A stretch of 64,000 bases of DNA from Nemertoderma westbladi (Eukaryota; Animalia; Xenacoelomorpha), in assembly GCA_032718475.1 (NCBI GenBank), contig JAUCBJ010006854.1:8660-72659 (forward strand). Direction: 5' to 3'. The first letter of the stretch is position 1. The number at the start of each line of letters is the position of its first letter. Positions 37,870-49,221 of the stretch are shown piece after piece. The position numbers were made by a program, and so were the translations under genes. The notes below the pieces were generated by a model. The model saw nothing but the letters and a program-made list of their open reading frames with translations. It was not told where the DNA came from and searched no databases.

Positions 37870-40329
37870 GGGCTGTTGCGCTGTCAGTCAGAGAGGTAAC
37901 AGCCCATGGGGTAAGGATTTACCCATGGGGCGCTAACTATCAGATAGTCTGATACCAACTGTCAGACAGTCTTTTTCAACTATCAGATAGATGATCGCCC
38001 AGTTACAAGTTGCCCGATGCCATAGTTGTATTTTTTAAACCCCGAGTGTTGTTGACGGAGTCTGTTACTTCCGAAATCGTTGATCGTGGTGCCGGTGCCG
38101 GAATTCTGGCTTTGATTAAAAACACTGAACTGCTGAACGATGGCGGAATCTACGAAACCCGGCCGGATTCCTAATCCGAGGAGGCGACGGAGTCAATTAA
38201 ACGTAAACAATGAAACGATCGCGATGGACAATGGAGTCTATTCAATGTATCCAGAACGATACGATGGCGACGGAGTCTATTACAGTATTAAACACGCAAC
38301 CAAAGCGATCAGACGATGGCGAAGTAATCTACAAAACAGAGAACGACAGGAAGGCGATGGAGTTTATTAAACCCAGTAAGATGGTGCATAGCGAAGCGAT
38401 CGAGACGGATAACGGAGTCTATTACAGTATTAAACCTGGAACGAAGACGGTGGAATCTATAGGCCTAAACCTGGAACAATGCGAACAAGGCTACTCTAAA
38501 GTTAGACTAGACTGGTTTGTGAGATTAACTTGCCAATACTAACTCAATACAATTTGCTTTCTTCGAATTCCTAATAATATATTTTAATCTTAATAATAAT
38601 TATTCAACATCAATTATTTTATAAGTCTTGTCAATGTATAAGATTGCTAAAGACTAAAGAGCTAACTTTAGGATAATCTGCCTTATATTTTTAGAATTAT
38701 TATAATTAATTTTGTTATGTTTATAATGAATTGTATCTTTTGACAGACTACTTGATGCGCGACCGTGATAATAAAATTAAATGGTGCCGAAATATTTTCA
38801 CTTAACTGCAGGTAGGGGGGGGGGGGGGGGGGGCAATCAATATTCTTCCCTCTCCAGGTGAAAATCGACGCAAATAACAGCTTGTTTACTACTAAAATAA
38901 AACTGCATCCTGTTCTATAGGAAAAAACATTATAGGGGAAACTTTAGCAAGTTGTGTTTATTTTAGCCGATAGACAAGATTACATGTTTACCAAGTTTGG
39001 TATAATTTAGTCAAAGATTGAATGAGTTACGATTTTAAATTATCAGTGGAGGGTGAAGGCGGCGGGCCAGGATTCAGTTATACTTGAATAAAGAATAGTG
39101 ATTAAACCAAGGGATACGCGATATATGACACTGCTGTATAAGTTCATTGAATGACTGTTGATTTCGAAACATTTAATTCAAAACTATATAAATGTTAATA
39201 TAATTTTGGATTTTTTTTTGTAATAATTAACAGATGAATTATATTTCATTAATTTATTTTTTTATCTAATCACATTATTAAATAACGAAGCACAGAAATA
39301 ATACTAAGATTGAATATTGAATTGAAGGTACAGTACCGAATTGAATATTTGAGATTGCATAAGATAGAGTATTGAATATTGAATATCTTCGGCCGTCATC
39401 CCGTTGGTGACTCCATTGGCAACCATTTCGACAGTTTCGATTGGTTTCGGCTCTTCAGTCCCCGAATAGACCGATGGTCGGCGTGGTTGCTGTCCCCATG
39501 ACTGAGGCTGCATTACCAACCAAAATTGCCATCTCCAGGCGCTGGAGCAGAAACTGGTGTGACCGCGGTTCGTGGGTGGCACTGTGGAGACGAGCCCCGA
39601 TCTCCCGGAGGAAGGTGGATGTCTCTGGACCGGGGCGGCCAAAGGTCTCAAAGGCCACGGGGTGAAAGAAATGGCCCCGGTCCATTAGGTCGCGATACTT
39701 AGAGTTTTTAATGCGCTCCGCCCCCTCAGCTGAGTGCCCCCCAGCAATGATGGTTTGTTGAAGGTGGCTGGGGGCCAGTGGATCTAGTAATAATTATCGC
39801 AAAGATATGATTAGGTAGGCCTACGTGATATTAGTTTCTCAAACCAAACCTATCCATCCATTGACGTCCAAATATATCCAATTTCTCAATCCATACTAAT
39901 CAGTATGTATGTAATAATGTACACTGTAATGCAATAATGTCAATGTCCAACCAAACAATGCGTTGAGTGTTATCGGACCAGCCTCCGAGAAATGTTAGGC
40001 TAACGGCACCTCGCTCTGTCGCATCAGTTTTTGTAGTGGTCTAGTTCCAGGCTACCAGAATCCGTTAGTGGATGATATAGAATCAGCACATCCTGACATC
40101 TGTGCAACTCCTGAACTCAGGCGAGCATTTTACAGATGGTGGTCTAATTTATATGGTCTTGTACCGCGAAACCGTGTATTATTTACAGATGTAGGCTAAA
40201 TTTCGGGTCTTGTACCGTGCACAGTACTGGTGGGCCTACACAGCTACTGCTATTTTGCCTAATACAGGTCCCAGAGGTAAATCCTTACCCCACGGGCTGT
40301 TACCTCTCTGACTGACAGCGCAACAGCCC
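37870..40329. mobile_element. Putative non-autonomous TIR element bounded by 54-bp inverted repeats
   Basis: gggctgttgcgctgtcagtcagagaggtaacagcccatggggtaaggatttacc (37870-37923) matches the reverse complement of 40276-40329 with one mismatch. No clear TSD. Internal imperfect tandem repeats at 38140-38470. Confidence 0.6.
39455..39784 (-). mobile_element. 3' fragment of a CRE-like (restriction-like endonuclease) non-LTR retrotransposon
   Basis: DPLAPSH...AERIKNSKYRDL...FHPVAFETFGRPG...LLQRLEMAILVGNAASVMGT resembles the C-terminus of CRE-type RLE proteins. Confidence 0.75.
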
Positions 40330-40549
40330 TCTCTCAGATACAGAGAGAGATACCGGTATGTATTTCTTATTTTAACCCTGGCTAAAGCAGTAAAGGTACC
40401 TACGGACCCTCATTCAATTCGGACCCTCATTTCACTCTGAACTGCGAATTGTGGTTTCAGAACGCCACTAACCAAATCCAATGCCGGTATTGGAAACTAA
40501 TCTAATTAGCTAATACAGTACCGGTAATCTGGTAATAGTTAATACAGTA

Positions 40550-41872
40550 ATGGCTTTATTTGGTAAATTATTAACCGCGGTACCAAAAAGGCTATTGAAA
40601 AGGTCACTTTTAAAACACGGGGGATTTATGTCAACCGTTGAGTCAAATATACCTTATATTTCGGCTGCGGATATATCTGGCAACCAACTAAGTTTCGACT
40701 ACAGCGATGCTCTTCAGCTGACGGGGTTGCTAACCGAAGATGAACAACTAATTCAACAACAAAGTCGCGATTACTGCCAGGAGAAACTAATGCCACGAAT
40801 ATTACTGGCCAATAGAAACCGTGTGTTCGATACCGGCATCCTAAAGGAGATGGGGCGACTCGGACTTCTGGGACCTACTATAAACGGTTACGGATGTGCG
40901 GGAGTGAGCGCAGTAGCGTACGGACTGATAGCGCGGGAGGTAGAACGCGTGGACAGCGCCTACCGATCGGCTATGAGCGTGCAATCCTCGCTAGTGATGC
41001 ACCCCATCTACGCGTACGGATCCGAGGCCCAGAAAGATAAATATTTACCGAAACTCGCCCGGGGCGAATTGATAGGGGCATTCGGGTTGACTGAACCCAA
41101 CCATGGGTCTGATCCGGGCTCCATGGAAACTAAAGCGGAATTCGACAAAGCGAAACGTTGCTACGTATTAAACGGAACGAAATCCTGGATAACAAACTCA
41201 CCCATAGCTGACGTGTTTATTATTTGGGCGAAAACGCGAGATGATGGAAAAGTTAAAGGTTTTATTTTAGAACGAAGTACTATGGAGGGAATATCAACAC
41301 CGACTATAGAAGGGAAATTTTCCTTATTGGCGTCGGAAACTGGGTTTATCGTTCTTGATAACGTAGAAGTTCCGGAAGCGAACCGTTTACCGAATACCGT
41401 CGGTTTATCCGGCCCGTTCGGTTGTTTGAACAGCGCCCGTTACGGGATCGCCTGGGGGGCGTTGGGCGCCGCTGAGTTCTGTTTCCACGCCGCCCGTCAG
41501 TACGCCCTGGATCGCAAGCAGTTCGGGCAACCGCTAGCCCGTAACCAACTAGTGCAGAAGAAGCTGGCGGATATGTGTAGCGAGATAAACCTCGGTCTGT
41601 TGGCCTGTCTGCAGGTCGGGAGGTTGAAGGACGCAGACAGACTCGTCCCCACCATGGTGTCTATGATTAAACGTAATTCCTGCGGCAAGGCGCTTGAGAT
41701 AGCGCGTAACGCGAGGGATATACTGGGGGGTAACGGCGTCAGCGACGAATACCATGTTATTCGTCACGTAATGAACTTAGAAGCTGTTAATACGTACGAA
41801 GGTACTCACGATATACACGCACTAATGCTTGGAAGGGCCATTACGGGGATACAGGCCTTTACTGTAGGTTAA
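40550..41872 (+). CDS. GCDH: Glutaryl-CoA dehydrogenase, mitochondrial, single coding exon
   Basis: Basic N-terminal presequence; [15 protein letters not shown]; [25 protein letters not shown]; [12 protein letters not shown]; KRNSCGKAL; [17 protein letters not shown]. Confidence 0.97.
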   Translation: MALFGKLLTAVPKRLLKRSLLKHGGFMSTVESNIPYISAADISGNQLSFDYSDALQLTGLLTEDEQLIQQQSRDYCQEKLMPRILLANRNRVFDTGILKEMGRLGLLGPTINGYGCAGVSAVAYGLIAREVERVDSAYRSAMSVQSSLVMHPIYAYGSEAQKDKYLPKLARGELIGAFGLTEPNHGSDPGSMETKAEFDKAKRCYVLNGTKSWITNSPIADVFIIWAKTRDDGKVKGFILERSTMEGISTPTIEGKFSLLASETGFIVLDNVEVPEANRLPNTVGLSGPFGCLNSARYGIAWGALGAAEFCFHAARQYALDRKQFGQPLARNQLVQKKLADMCSEINLGLLACLQVGRLKDADRLVPTMVSMIKRNSCGKALEIARNARDILGGNGVSDEYHVIRHVMNLEAVNTYEGTHDIHALMLGRAITGIQAFTVG

Positions 41873-42211
41873 ACTCTATTGACTCTGTGTATCCTATCAG
41901 CAGTTGAATGTGCAGTGTTTCCTTGTTGGACTGCATCACCAACCCTATAATTGAGAACAATATCGTCACTAATGGTTATTGGTTAGCTGTACTTTATATT
42001 GTTCAATCATGTTGAACTTAGAACTTCGTTTGATTACATTCCAATACTCGACAGTATAATTTTAATTATTTTATTCAGAATTAATTACTGAGTCTGAGAT
42101 AATTGTCTTGCTCGTCCCCGATGCTTTAATACGCGGCGAGTAGAAACGGATACCTCGATATTATTTACGTTATGTTCACATTCCCCTCGTTGAAAATAGA
42201 TAAAGTATACG

Positions 42212-42404
42212 ATGGGTTGGGTGCAATCTTCGCCCGCGGCCAATCTTCGCCGGCGTCCAACTTTCGACCGATTGGGGGAAAGGAGCAGGTTACAGACACG
42301 ATAGGTTACAGAGACGAATTTTTATAACCAAACATATAAACGAGGTTGTTAGCACTCATTTTGAGGGCGAAGATTACTCGCAGGCGAAGATTGCTGCATC
42401 CCAT
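42212..42404. mobile_element. Small MITE-like inverted-repeat element
   Basis: gcaatcttcgcc..caatcttcgcc at the left end is mirrored by ggcgaagatt..ggcgaagattgc at the right end. Confidence 0.55.
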
Positions 42405-42869
42405 TTAGAAATTGATAAATGCATTTTCACTGGATAATTATTCCAATATCCAGATGGGGGGGGGGGGGGGGGGGGGGGGGGGTGGTACTTTCGGCGCAAT
42501 CAAAATACAGTACGAGTCTATATTTCAATTTAAATCTTTATATTACATGACGTAGTTTATATTAAATGCTCTTGATGCATTAATTTTAGGTAACATTCAT
42601 ATCAATCTTACGTTATTTCCAGTTCAATAAATGTGGATTTCAAACAGTAGCTTACCTGTAGGTAGAGTGTAGATATTTAAAAATCAATTTATTGTATTGT
42701 TGCATATTGTGGTGTCAGGGTCAGCTTGTTGTTTCTTCCAAAGATTAGTATTATTATTTTAATAAAAACTTAATTAAATACAGAACAGGTCCGTATTAAT
42801 GTATATAATCTGTAATACATTTTGTTATTATTGTTGATAACCTCATCCTATTGTACGCACATATTTATA

Positions 42870-43562
42870 ATGCCAAATGAAATGCAGTTAGAAGCGAACA
42901 AATTCGAGGAGTTCACCATGGAAACTGGACCAAAAGATGCCATATCGGTAACCTTAACAACCTCTGTCGTGGTTCTAATCTTGTCTACATTTGTTCAGGA
43001 ATTCACTAATGTCAGCTGTGGAGTTAAAACGATTACAGTGATACTATTGCTTAGTAACATATTGGTTCTTATTATATACTTACATTTATTCAAGGTGGTC
43101 AAAGAGACACTGTTGCTATACGGGAACGTCGGCATTCAGATAGACCAGCAATATGCTTCCGGGAGAACCACTCATAAACTTTATCCGGTAGAAGAAGTTC
43201 GCGACATTGTCATCAACGAATACGTGACGATATATTCCGTTTATTATTATTTAGTGGCGTTGATCTGTGATTCCGATGTGACTCACACAGCTGATAAATC
43301 GAACCCCATTCGCATTGTTCCTGTATTTGTTAACAAACTTCCAGATATTCATTTCCTCTACGAGGTGTACAAACGGGCGAAGGAGTTGGGATTTGGTACG
43401 CCAGCGTTGTCCGGTGGTAGATCGGGTGACTGTACCCTGGATAATGGGTTGACGGAGGAGAGAGTAAATAGCACACAGTTACTGGAGGAGAGAGGAGGCG
43501 GTACCCAATTACGGTTGCGTGGGGACACTACCGAAGGTAACGCTAGTGCTGGCGACAGATGA
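42870..43562 (+). CDS. PIGH: GPI-GlcNAc transferase subunit H, single coding exon
   Basis: Two hydrophobic segments, then KVVKETLLLYGNVGIQIDQQYASGR...VRDIVINE...YYYL...IVPVF, which matches the PIG-H domain. First in-frame ATG at 42870. Confidence 0.85.
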   Translation: MPNEMQLEANKFEEFTMETGPKDAISVTLTTSVVVLILSTFVQEFTNVSCGVKTITVILLLSNILVLIIYLHLFKVVKETLLLYGNVGIQIDQQYASGRTTHKLYPVEEVRDIVINEYVTIYSVYYYLVALICDSDVTHTADKSNPIRIVPVFVNKLPDIHFLYEVYKRAKELGFGTPALSGGRSGDCTLDNGLTEERVNSTQLLEERGGGTQLRLRGDTTEGNASAGDR

Positions 43563-44414
43563 TTTTATTCAGTGCAGTTACATTTAGACAGTAAGATATT
43601 TACAACTTCCCCTTTATAACAATCTATTACTACAGCTTATCGAGTTACGTTACACCTTAGTTATGCAATGTATTTTTATTTTGGTCTGCGTCTTCGAATA
43701 TTAATACATAGTTGATTTCTGCATGGTGGACTTAAAGTGAAATTTTTCTTTCGTCATTGATCAACTAAAACATTTCTAATACAAATCCAAGACAGAATAA
43801 GAAAGGTTAGCCGTAATATTTTCATCTGATGTTGCTATCGAATTTGGATTTTTCGCTTTTATTGGTCGACTTATACTGGAACTAAACGGTGGCCGCATAT
43901 GATTATATTTTTGCAATTTATTTTTTTATTTTTATTGTTGTCATTATTTAATTTATTTTATTAATAATAATCTTACATCCAATCCAAAATATGAATACTG
44001 TTATTACTTAACATTTTTAGAATGTTTATTTTTTCGATGACGGTTTGAAGGTTGGTAAGTTGTTTGAGAAATAGCTCGATGTATCGAAATCCAATCAATA
44101 CACACCAACGTTACATTGGGACCTCTACGGGAGTCCATGCTGGGCTCTAACTGCTGAGGACACCAAATCTCTGGATAGTAAGAATGTGTTGGCAAGCTGT
44201 ATTTTTCGAGGTGTTTGTTATTATACATTTATTATAGGAAGGGATCTAGGGGTCTTAACCTCGAATGATAAGTTTATTTTACCGAAAATAGCTTATCTTT
44301 TATTGGCGCAATTGTAGGACTAATCCCATCACATGCGTACTTTTTTAACCGGGTAGTGTACAAATTTAGGAATCGCGTAATTTTTCTTGAAATTAATATC
44401 TCATATCTCTCCAA

Positions 44415-44457
44415 ACCACGTACGCGTTTCGACCTTACTGGGTCTCATCAGCGTGGT
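44415..44457 (-). ncRNA. Minimal type I hammerhead ribozyme
   Basis: Minus strand reads ACCACG-CUGAUGA-GACC-CAGUAA-GGUC-GAAA-CGCG-UA-CGUGGU. This gives a complete core, 6-bp stem I, 4-bp stem II, palindromic stem III (ACGCGU) and a GUA cleavage triplet. Confidence 0.9.
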
Positions 44458-44520
44458 GTCGGATTCGAACCTGGGACCTCGAGGCGGAAGCCGAGACTAC
44501 AACCACTAGGCCACAGGTTC
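44458..44520 (-). promoter_or_regulatory. tRNA-like internal Pol III promoter (A and B boxes)
   Basis: GAACCTG-TGGCCTAGTGG (A box)...CTTCCGC (anticodon-like loop, TCC)...AGGTCCCA-GGTTCGAATCC (B box). No matching 3' acceptor strand. Confidence 0.8.
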
Positions 44521-45184
44521 TTGAGATATGGAGAATTAATTTCAAAGACAGCTGCCATTTTATTAGCCCCTGATTTTTGATTATTGATAGTAAGAATGTG
44601 TTGGCAAGCTGTATTTAAAAGTTAAGTACGCATGTGATGGGATTAGTCCTACAATTGCGCCAATAAAAGATAAGCTATTTTCGGTAAAATAAACTTATCA
44701 TTCGAGGTTAAGACCCCTATAATAAATCTCTGGATGGCACATTCACAAGAATGCTACGCCGGGTTCATTGTGTCAAGTACAATGCACACATCTCCAACCA
44801 GACACTATATAACATTGGAGGTGTCTCATTGGTTCCCCCAAGCTTGACACTAGAACAAAATCGGCTCCGCTTTGCAGGACATTGCTTTCGCCGTGAGGAC
44901 CAGCCAGTGCATAATCTTGTACTTTGGCAGCCTCATGGAGTGAATAAGCATGGTGGACAGCCCATGAATTTCTTGAGACGCATCTTAAAGGACACTGGCC
45001 TTAAAGATGCGGATGATCTAGCAAATGTCATGGGTGATAGGGAGTTGTGGCGGTGCAATTTTGTTGACAAGCCGGCACAGCATTCTTAAAAATGCAGCTG
45101 CAATGCAGCATGCCGATCCTAGTAGTAGTACATTGGGACTCCGTAGTTGGTTTCACACTGCATCCACAGAGCATACAATGAATT

Positions 45185-45586
45185 AATGACTGGAGCTCTG
45201 CTCGGGTTCCTGCTGCTAAGTGTTTATTTGTTTGTTTGTAGCTGGTTGGGTTTGTGGCTAGAATGTTTGAACGCTAATGAGTCGGTCAATCATGGATGAA
45301 ATAGAACCAAACTTGGTACACACGTAGTCTATCAAAAGCTTAAAAATTATACACACAGACAGAAGTCTATAGTTCCTCTGTCTTCCGCTAGGGGCGAATT
45401 GACAGAAACGTAAAAGCAACTGTAATTATAGAGCCAACCATCAGGTTCATATGAAATTTGGTAGTAGTAACTTACGAGCATTGCTTAATTATAAATTCTA
45501 CACACAGACAGACTTTTACAGTTCTCTGTCTGCCGCTAGAGGGCGAATTGTCAGAGCTCCAGTTTATCGTGCTTAGCACGGTTTAT
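45185..45586. mobile_element. Helentron-associated (DINE-1/HINE-like) non-autonomous element
   Basis: 12-bp subterminal IR actggagctctg (45189) and cagagctccagt (45552); 3' hairpin cgtgc-tta-gcacg; (tttg)n microsatellite near the 5' end; two internal core repeats. Confidence 0.65.
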
Positions 45587-46362
45587 TATACTTGTAATGT
45601 AGAATAAATTCAACCCATTAAGCAGTGAAAGGATGGGGTACGTTACGTACAGTACTAGGCCTACGTAGGCTACAGTACACTACCCAGTGATACTAAGAAT
45701 ATTGAAATTTCAATATTGATTTATTTTAACAATGATTATTATTATTATGTGTATGTGGTATTCATGGGATGTTATCGTTAGGCCCAGGTCACACGTGAGG
45801 TTTCAACATTCAACTAAATGACACATTGTTTCCTATGGCATGGGGACGTTCACTATTAAACAATCAACTTTCAATTTGCTACTTTTAAAATCATAGACTT
45901 ATTTTCTATCTTATTTAAAAGTTGAAAGCTGGCATCTCTAGCATTGACAACCTCTCAGAACTAACCATTATTTGACCAATTGAATATTGTGCAACCCTTT
46001 TATAACTAGTTTATGCAAATCCTTAACGACCAATTAATGGAAGAGATCAGTATACAGTAAGTAGGCCTAGTAAGTTCTATTATCCCAATATTTATTACAC
46101 TATTAGTGCCATATTATACAGTAGGACCCCCTATTCTAGTGACTCATAGTGGCCCTTCCACGCTGTGAATAAGAAGAAATAAAACCTGTGTTGGTAGACA
46201 TGTAATAAATTGTACTTCAGCCAGAGAACAATTCTGTATGAAAACAACTTTATTATAAATTAAATATTGCATCTTCATTGGACGCTTTAAGGGTATCATT
46301 GCAGGAAATTAATATTAGCTTCCTGCCATAGTAGCTTCTACGCTACGCATTGCACACACAGG

Positions 46363-47781
46363 GGAAGGTACTTAAAGAGCAATACGACCGAACATAGTCG
46401 AACACACACCAACGCACTTCAAAAACTGCCAGTCAACAGTCGAAAATAGAAAGAGCACTAAAAATTAGATAAAATTATCCACGCGTTGCTTTTCTATGAG
46501 TAAATTCCCGAAATTATTGAATAAAATTGTCGCGAAATTAAATATTAATTTCTTATTAAATCAGCTGATGGGATCAGGTATCATTTATCAGATTTATATT
46601 CCAGTACAGCAATAGGCAGGTAGGTAATTACCGGCTTGGCGTACTATATTTATTTATTTATATTGAATGGCGTGGTACAGGTACCTATGTTGTACCAATA
46701 CCATACGTCATGTACTTAAGGTCACCGGTGGTAGGCCTAATTTCCTAATTCATATCTTCAGCAATCAGTCCCATCCCAACCCAAGCTATTCCAATACACA
46801 GACAAACAGGCAGAGGCCTATTAGCTAACCCACTATTACTATATACTGATATATGTGACAGGTACCCGGTAGGCTTCCCTTCATAGTTTGTTGTACAGAA
46901 CAGCAGTATACAACAAATTGGGTGACAGACCGAACGTAATCAGGATCGAATGTAACATAGTTTTTACGAGTCGAACGTAACCTCAATTATGTTACATTGG
47001 ATCCTAACTATGTTACATTCGATCTACAAATTACTAAGCTCGAATGTAACATACATTGATTTCAGTTGTGTTTTGATTTCAGGAGTTAACCGATGAAATG
47101 CTTCGTTTATTTACAGGAAGAAACAGTTTGGTGTTGGTGAGTACAAAACAAAGACCCAAGACCTGGTGTTAACTTTCGTTTATTGTTTTGGTTCCCCCAA
47201 CCCGCCTCTGTAACTTGCTCATTTCAGCCTTTAAATAAAAGTAACCTGCATAATCTTGTAACATGTGTTAACTTTCGTTTATTGTTTTGGTTCCCCCAAC
47301 ACGCCTCTGTAACCTGCTCCTTTAAATCTGTAAATGGCAATGTTACATTCGGGCTTAGTAATTTGTAGATCGAATGTAACATAGTTATAGGATCCAATGT
47401 AACATAATTCTGTAATTGCGGTTACGTTCGATACGTAATAACTATGTTACATTCGATCCTGATTACGTTCGGTCATGTATCCCAACAAATTAAGAATTGA
47501 GCGGTTACCAACCTACCGGTAGTCGACATGATACCTGACATTAGCTGATCTGATAAGAAATGGATATTTAATTTCGCGACAATTTTATTCAATAATTTCG
47601 GGATTTACTTGGGCCTATAGAAAAGCAACGCGTGGCTAATTTTATCTAAAAGTTGGTACCCGGTGTTACTTTTTTATGCTCTTTCTATTTTCGACTGTGT
47701 TAGATTTTATGTTCTGCAATTTTCAGGTTTTTGGAGTGTGTTGGCATTCGGTCGTGTTGCTCTTTAAGTACAGTACCTTCC
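46363..47781. mobile_element. MITE with ~200-bp imperfect TIRs (possibly Kolobok-like, TTAA|AGAGC...GCTCT|TTAA)
   Basis: 46363-46567 mirrors 47543-47781 (aagagcaatacgaccgaa, acagtcgaaaatagaaagagc, ccacgcgttgcttttctat, cccgaaattattgaataaaattgtcgcgaaatt). Confidence 0.75.
46920..47482. mobile_element. Nested MULE-like MITE with ~130-bp TIRs and 8-9 bp TSD
   Basis: TSD caacaaatt at 46911-19 and 47483-91; TIRs built of cgaatgtaac/gttacattcg units; internal ~100-bp tandem duplication (47166 and 47265). Confidence 0.8.
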
Positions 47782-48096
47782 ACCCACTTGTTGTATGAAA
47801 GAATTCTGAATAAGTATAATTCTGCTATATCCTGAACGCTGAACCGATGTACTGTAGTAATTCATAATGCATAGTAACATCTTCAGTCAGTCAGTATACA
47901 TGGTGTGCGGCCGTCGCGCAGCACGAGATAAACTTAGCCTATTAAATACGAATACGAATACGAATAAAATACGAATACAGTAATACAATCTTTGTATAAA
48001 TTGGAGCATCTAAATACATGAATATAATTTTATATTTGATTTATATGGTATTTGATATCTGATTTATATGGTATATGGTATTTTATATTGTATTTG

Positions 48097-49101
48097 ATGC
48101 CTACTGTCAGCAGAATGCCTACCAACAGCAACACCACGTCTAACACGGCATCTAGCCGTAGCAGCCAGGATAAAAGGCGATCCAGTCTCGCTGCTCCAAA
48201 AAATTGTAGTTCAAAACACAAGCCTTCTGATTGGTTTACGACAAAGGTAGAATGCTCATGTTGCCTTAACACATGGACTGAAATGGAAATTCGAGTTGGT
48301 GATGACTACTCTTCTCGATCATTTACATGTGGCTTCTGCTCTGCAGCAATTATATCGGACCTAAAGCGTAAATTTATGGACGAACTTGATTCTGAAACCC
48401 AACGTCTGGTGCAAACAATCCGCGATGAAAAGTCTGATATTGTATCGAATCTCGATGCAACCCGTTCTGAGCTAGAGACCAGGGTTGAAGAAATAGAGAA
48501 AGTCGTTGCTGATTTGCAAACTAGCGAGTCTGATACCAATGCTATCCTTGGCAATGGTGATGTTGATATCGATTGTGATAGCCCTACTGATTCCTCATGG
48601 GTCAATGTTGTCCGTAAGAACCGTTCTGTCATCAAAGAGCTGCAAAGGAAAGTTGAAACCAGGCAAACCACTCATCCTCCGGTTAATACAACCGACATAC
48701 AGAAGGTGATATTAGACACTGAGCAACGAAAGCACCATGTTCTTATAAGAGGACTTCCTGGAGATGGACAACCCAATACACAAACCCAGCGTCAAGTAGA
48801 TAACAAATACCTAGAGGACTCCTTAAACGAAAAGTTGAACTACCATGGTATCTCCCGTCTAGGTCGTCCCAGGGATGATGGTAAACCACGCCCACTTCGG
48901 CTGATCTTCTCAACAAGTGATGAGGCTAATAAGCTAATTGCTAGACGTTACTTTTTGCACAATAACACAAAATACTACTTTGACCGTGACCTATCGCGTT
49001 TTGAACAAGAACAGGCCTACAAGCAGCGGCAGAAACGACGGAATCAAATGCACTCCTCACCGAATAGCAACACCACACCTTTAGCTAACCAAGTCGATTG
49101 A
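48097..49101 (+). CDS. LINE ORF1 protein (zinc-finger-like Cys pairs, coiled coil, RRM-like region)
   Basis: CSCC...FTCGFC; coiled-coil segment; RKHHVLIRGLP; RLGRP..KPRPLRLIF; DRDLS..EQ. These are typical of CR1/L2 ORF1. Confidence 0.85.
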   Translation: MPTVSRMPTNSNTTSNTASSRSSQDKRRSSLAAPKNCSSKHKPSDWFTTKVECSCCLNTWTEMEIRVGDDYSSRSFTCGFCSAAIISDLKRKFMDELDSETQRLVQTIRDEKSDIVSNLDATRSELETRVEEIEKVVADLQTSESDTNAILGNGDVDIDCDSPTDSSWVNVVRKNRSVIKELQRKVETRQTTHPPVNTTDIQKVILDTEQRKHHVLIRGLPGDGQPNTQTQRQVDNKYLEDSLNEKLNYHGISRLGRPRDDGKPRPLRLIFSTSDEANKLIARRYFLHNNTKYYFDRDLSRFEQEQAYKQRQKRRNQMHSSPNSNTTPLANQVD

Positions 49102-49221
49102 CTAGCTCATTCCCTTCCTCCCAGACTAACAACCACTACACTAGGTACACCATCCCCACAAACAATCACCACAGCTTCCTCTCAAAGCAACAGGGATAAA
49201 ACCAATTGTGATCTAAAAGTT

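Larger units (their letters stand above)
44177..44723 (-). mobile_element. Non-autonomous Penelope-like/retrozyme-like insertion with tRNA-like promoter and hammerhead ribozyme
   Basis: 12-bp TSD aaatctctggat (44165-76 and 44724-35); 31-bp direct repeat with period 412 (44174 and 44586); perfect 96-bp inverted repeat (44247-44342 and 44624-44719). Confidence 0.8.
44123..45128 (+). mobile_element. 5'-truncated RTE LINE copy with (TAG)n tail and 11-bp TSD, interrupted by the 44177-44723 insertion
   Basis: TSD tacattgggac at 44112-44122 and 45129-45139. Encodes RMLRRVH...RLRFAGHCFR...DRELWR. Tail tagtagtag. Confidence 0.88.

Noticed and set aside
32290-42482. Poly-G runs at ~32319, ~38815 and ~42456 as G-quadruplex regulatory elements
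   Set aside because: Simple homopolymers with no further support; their lengths are also error-prone in assemblies.
44458-44520. Functional tRNA-Gly(TCC) gene
   Set aside because: No pairing acceptor stem and imperfect T and anticodon stems. It lies within a TSD-flanked insertion, so it is treated as a promoter module.
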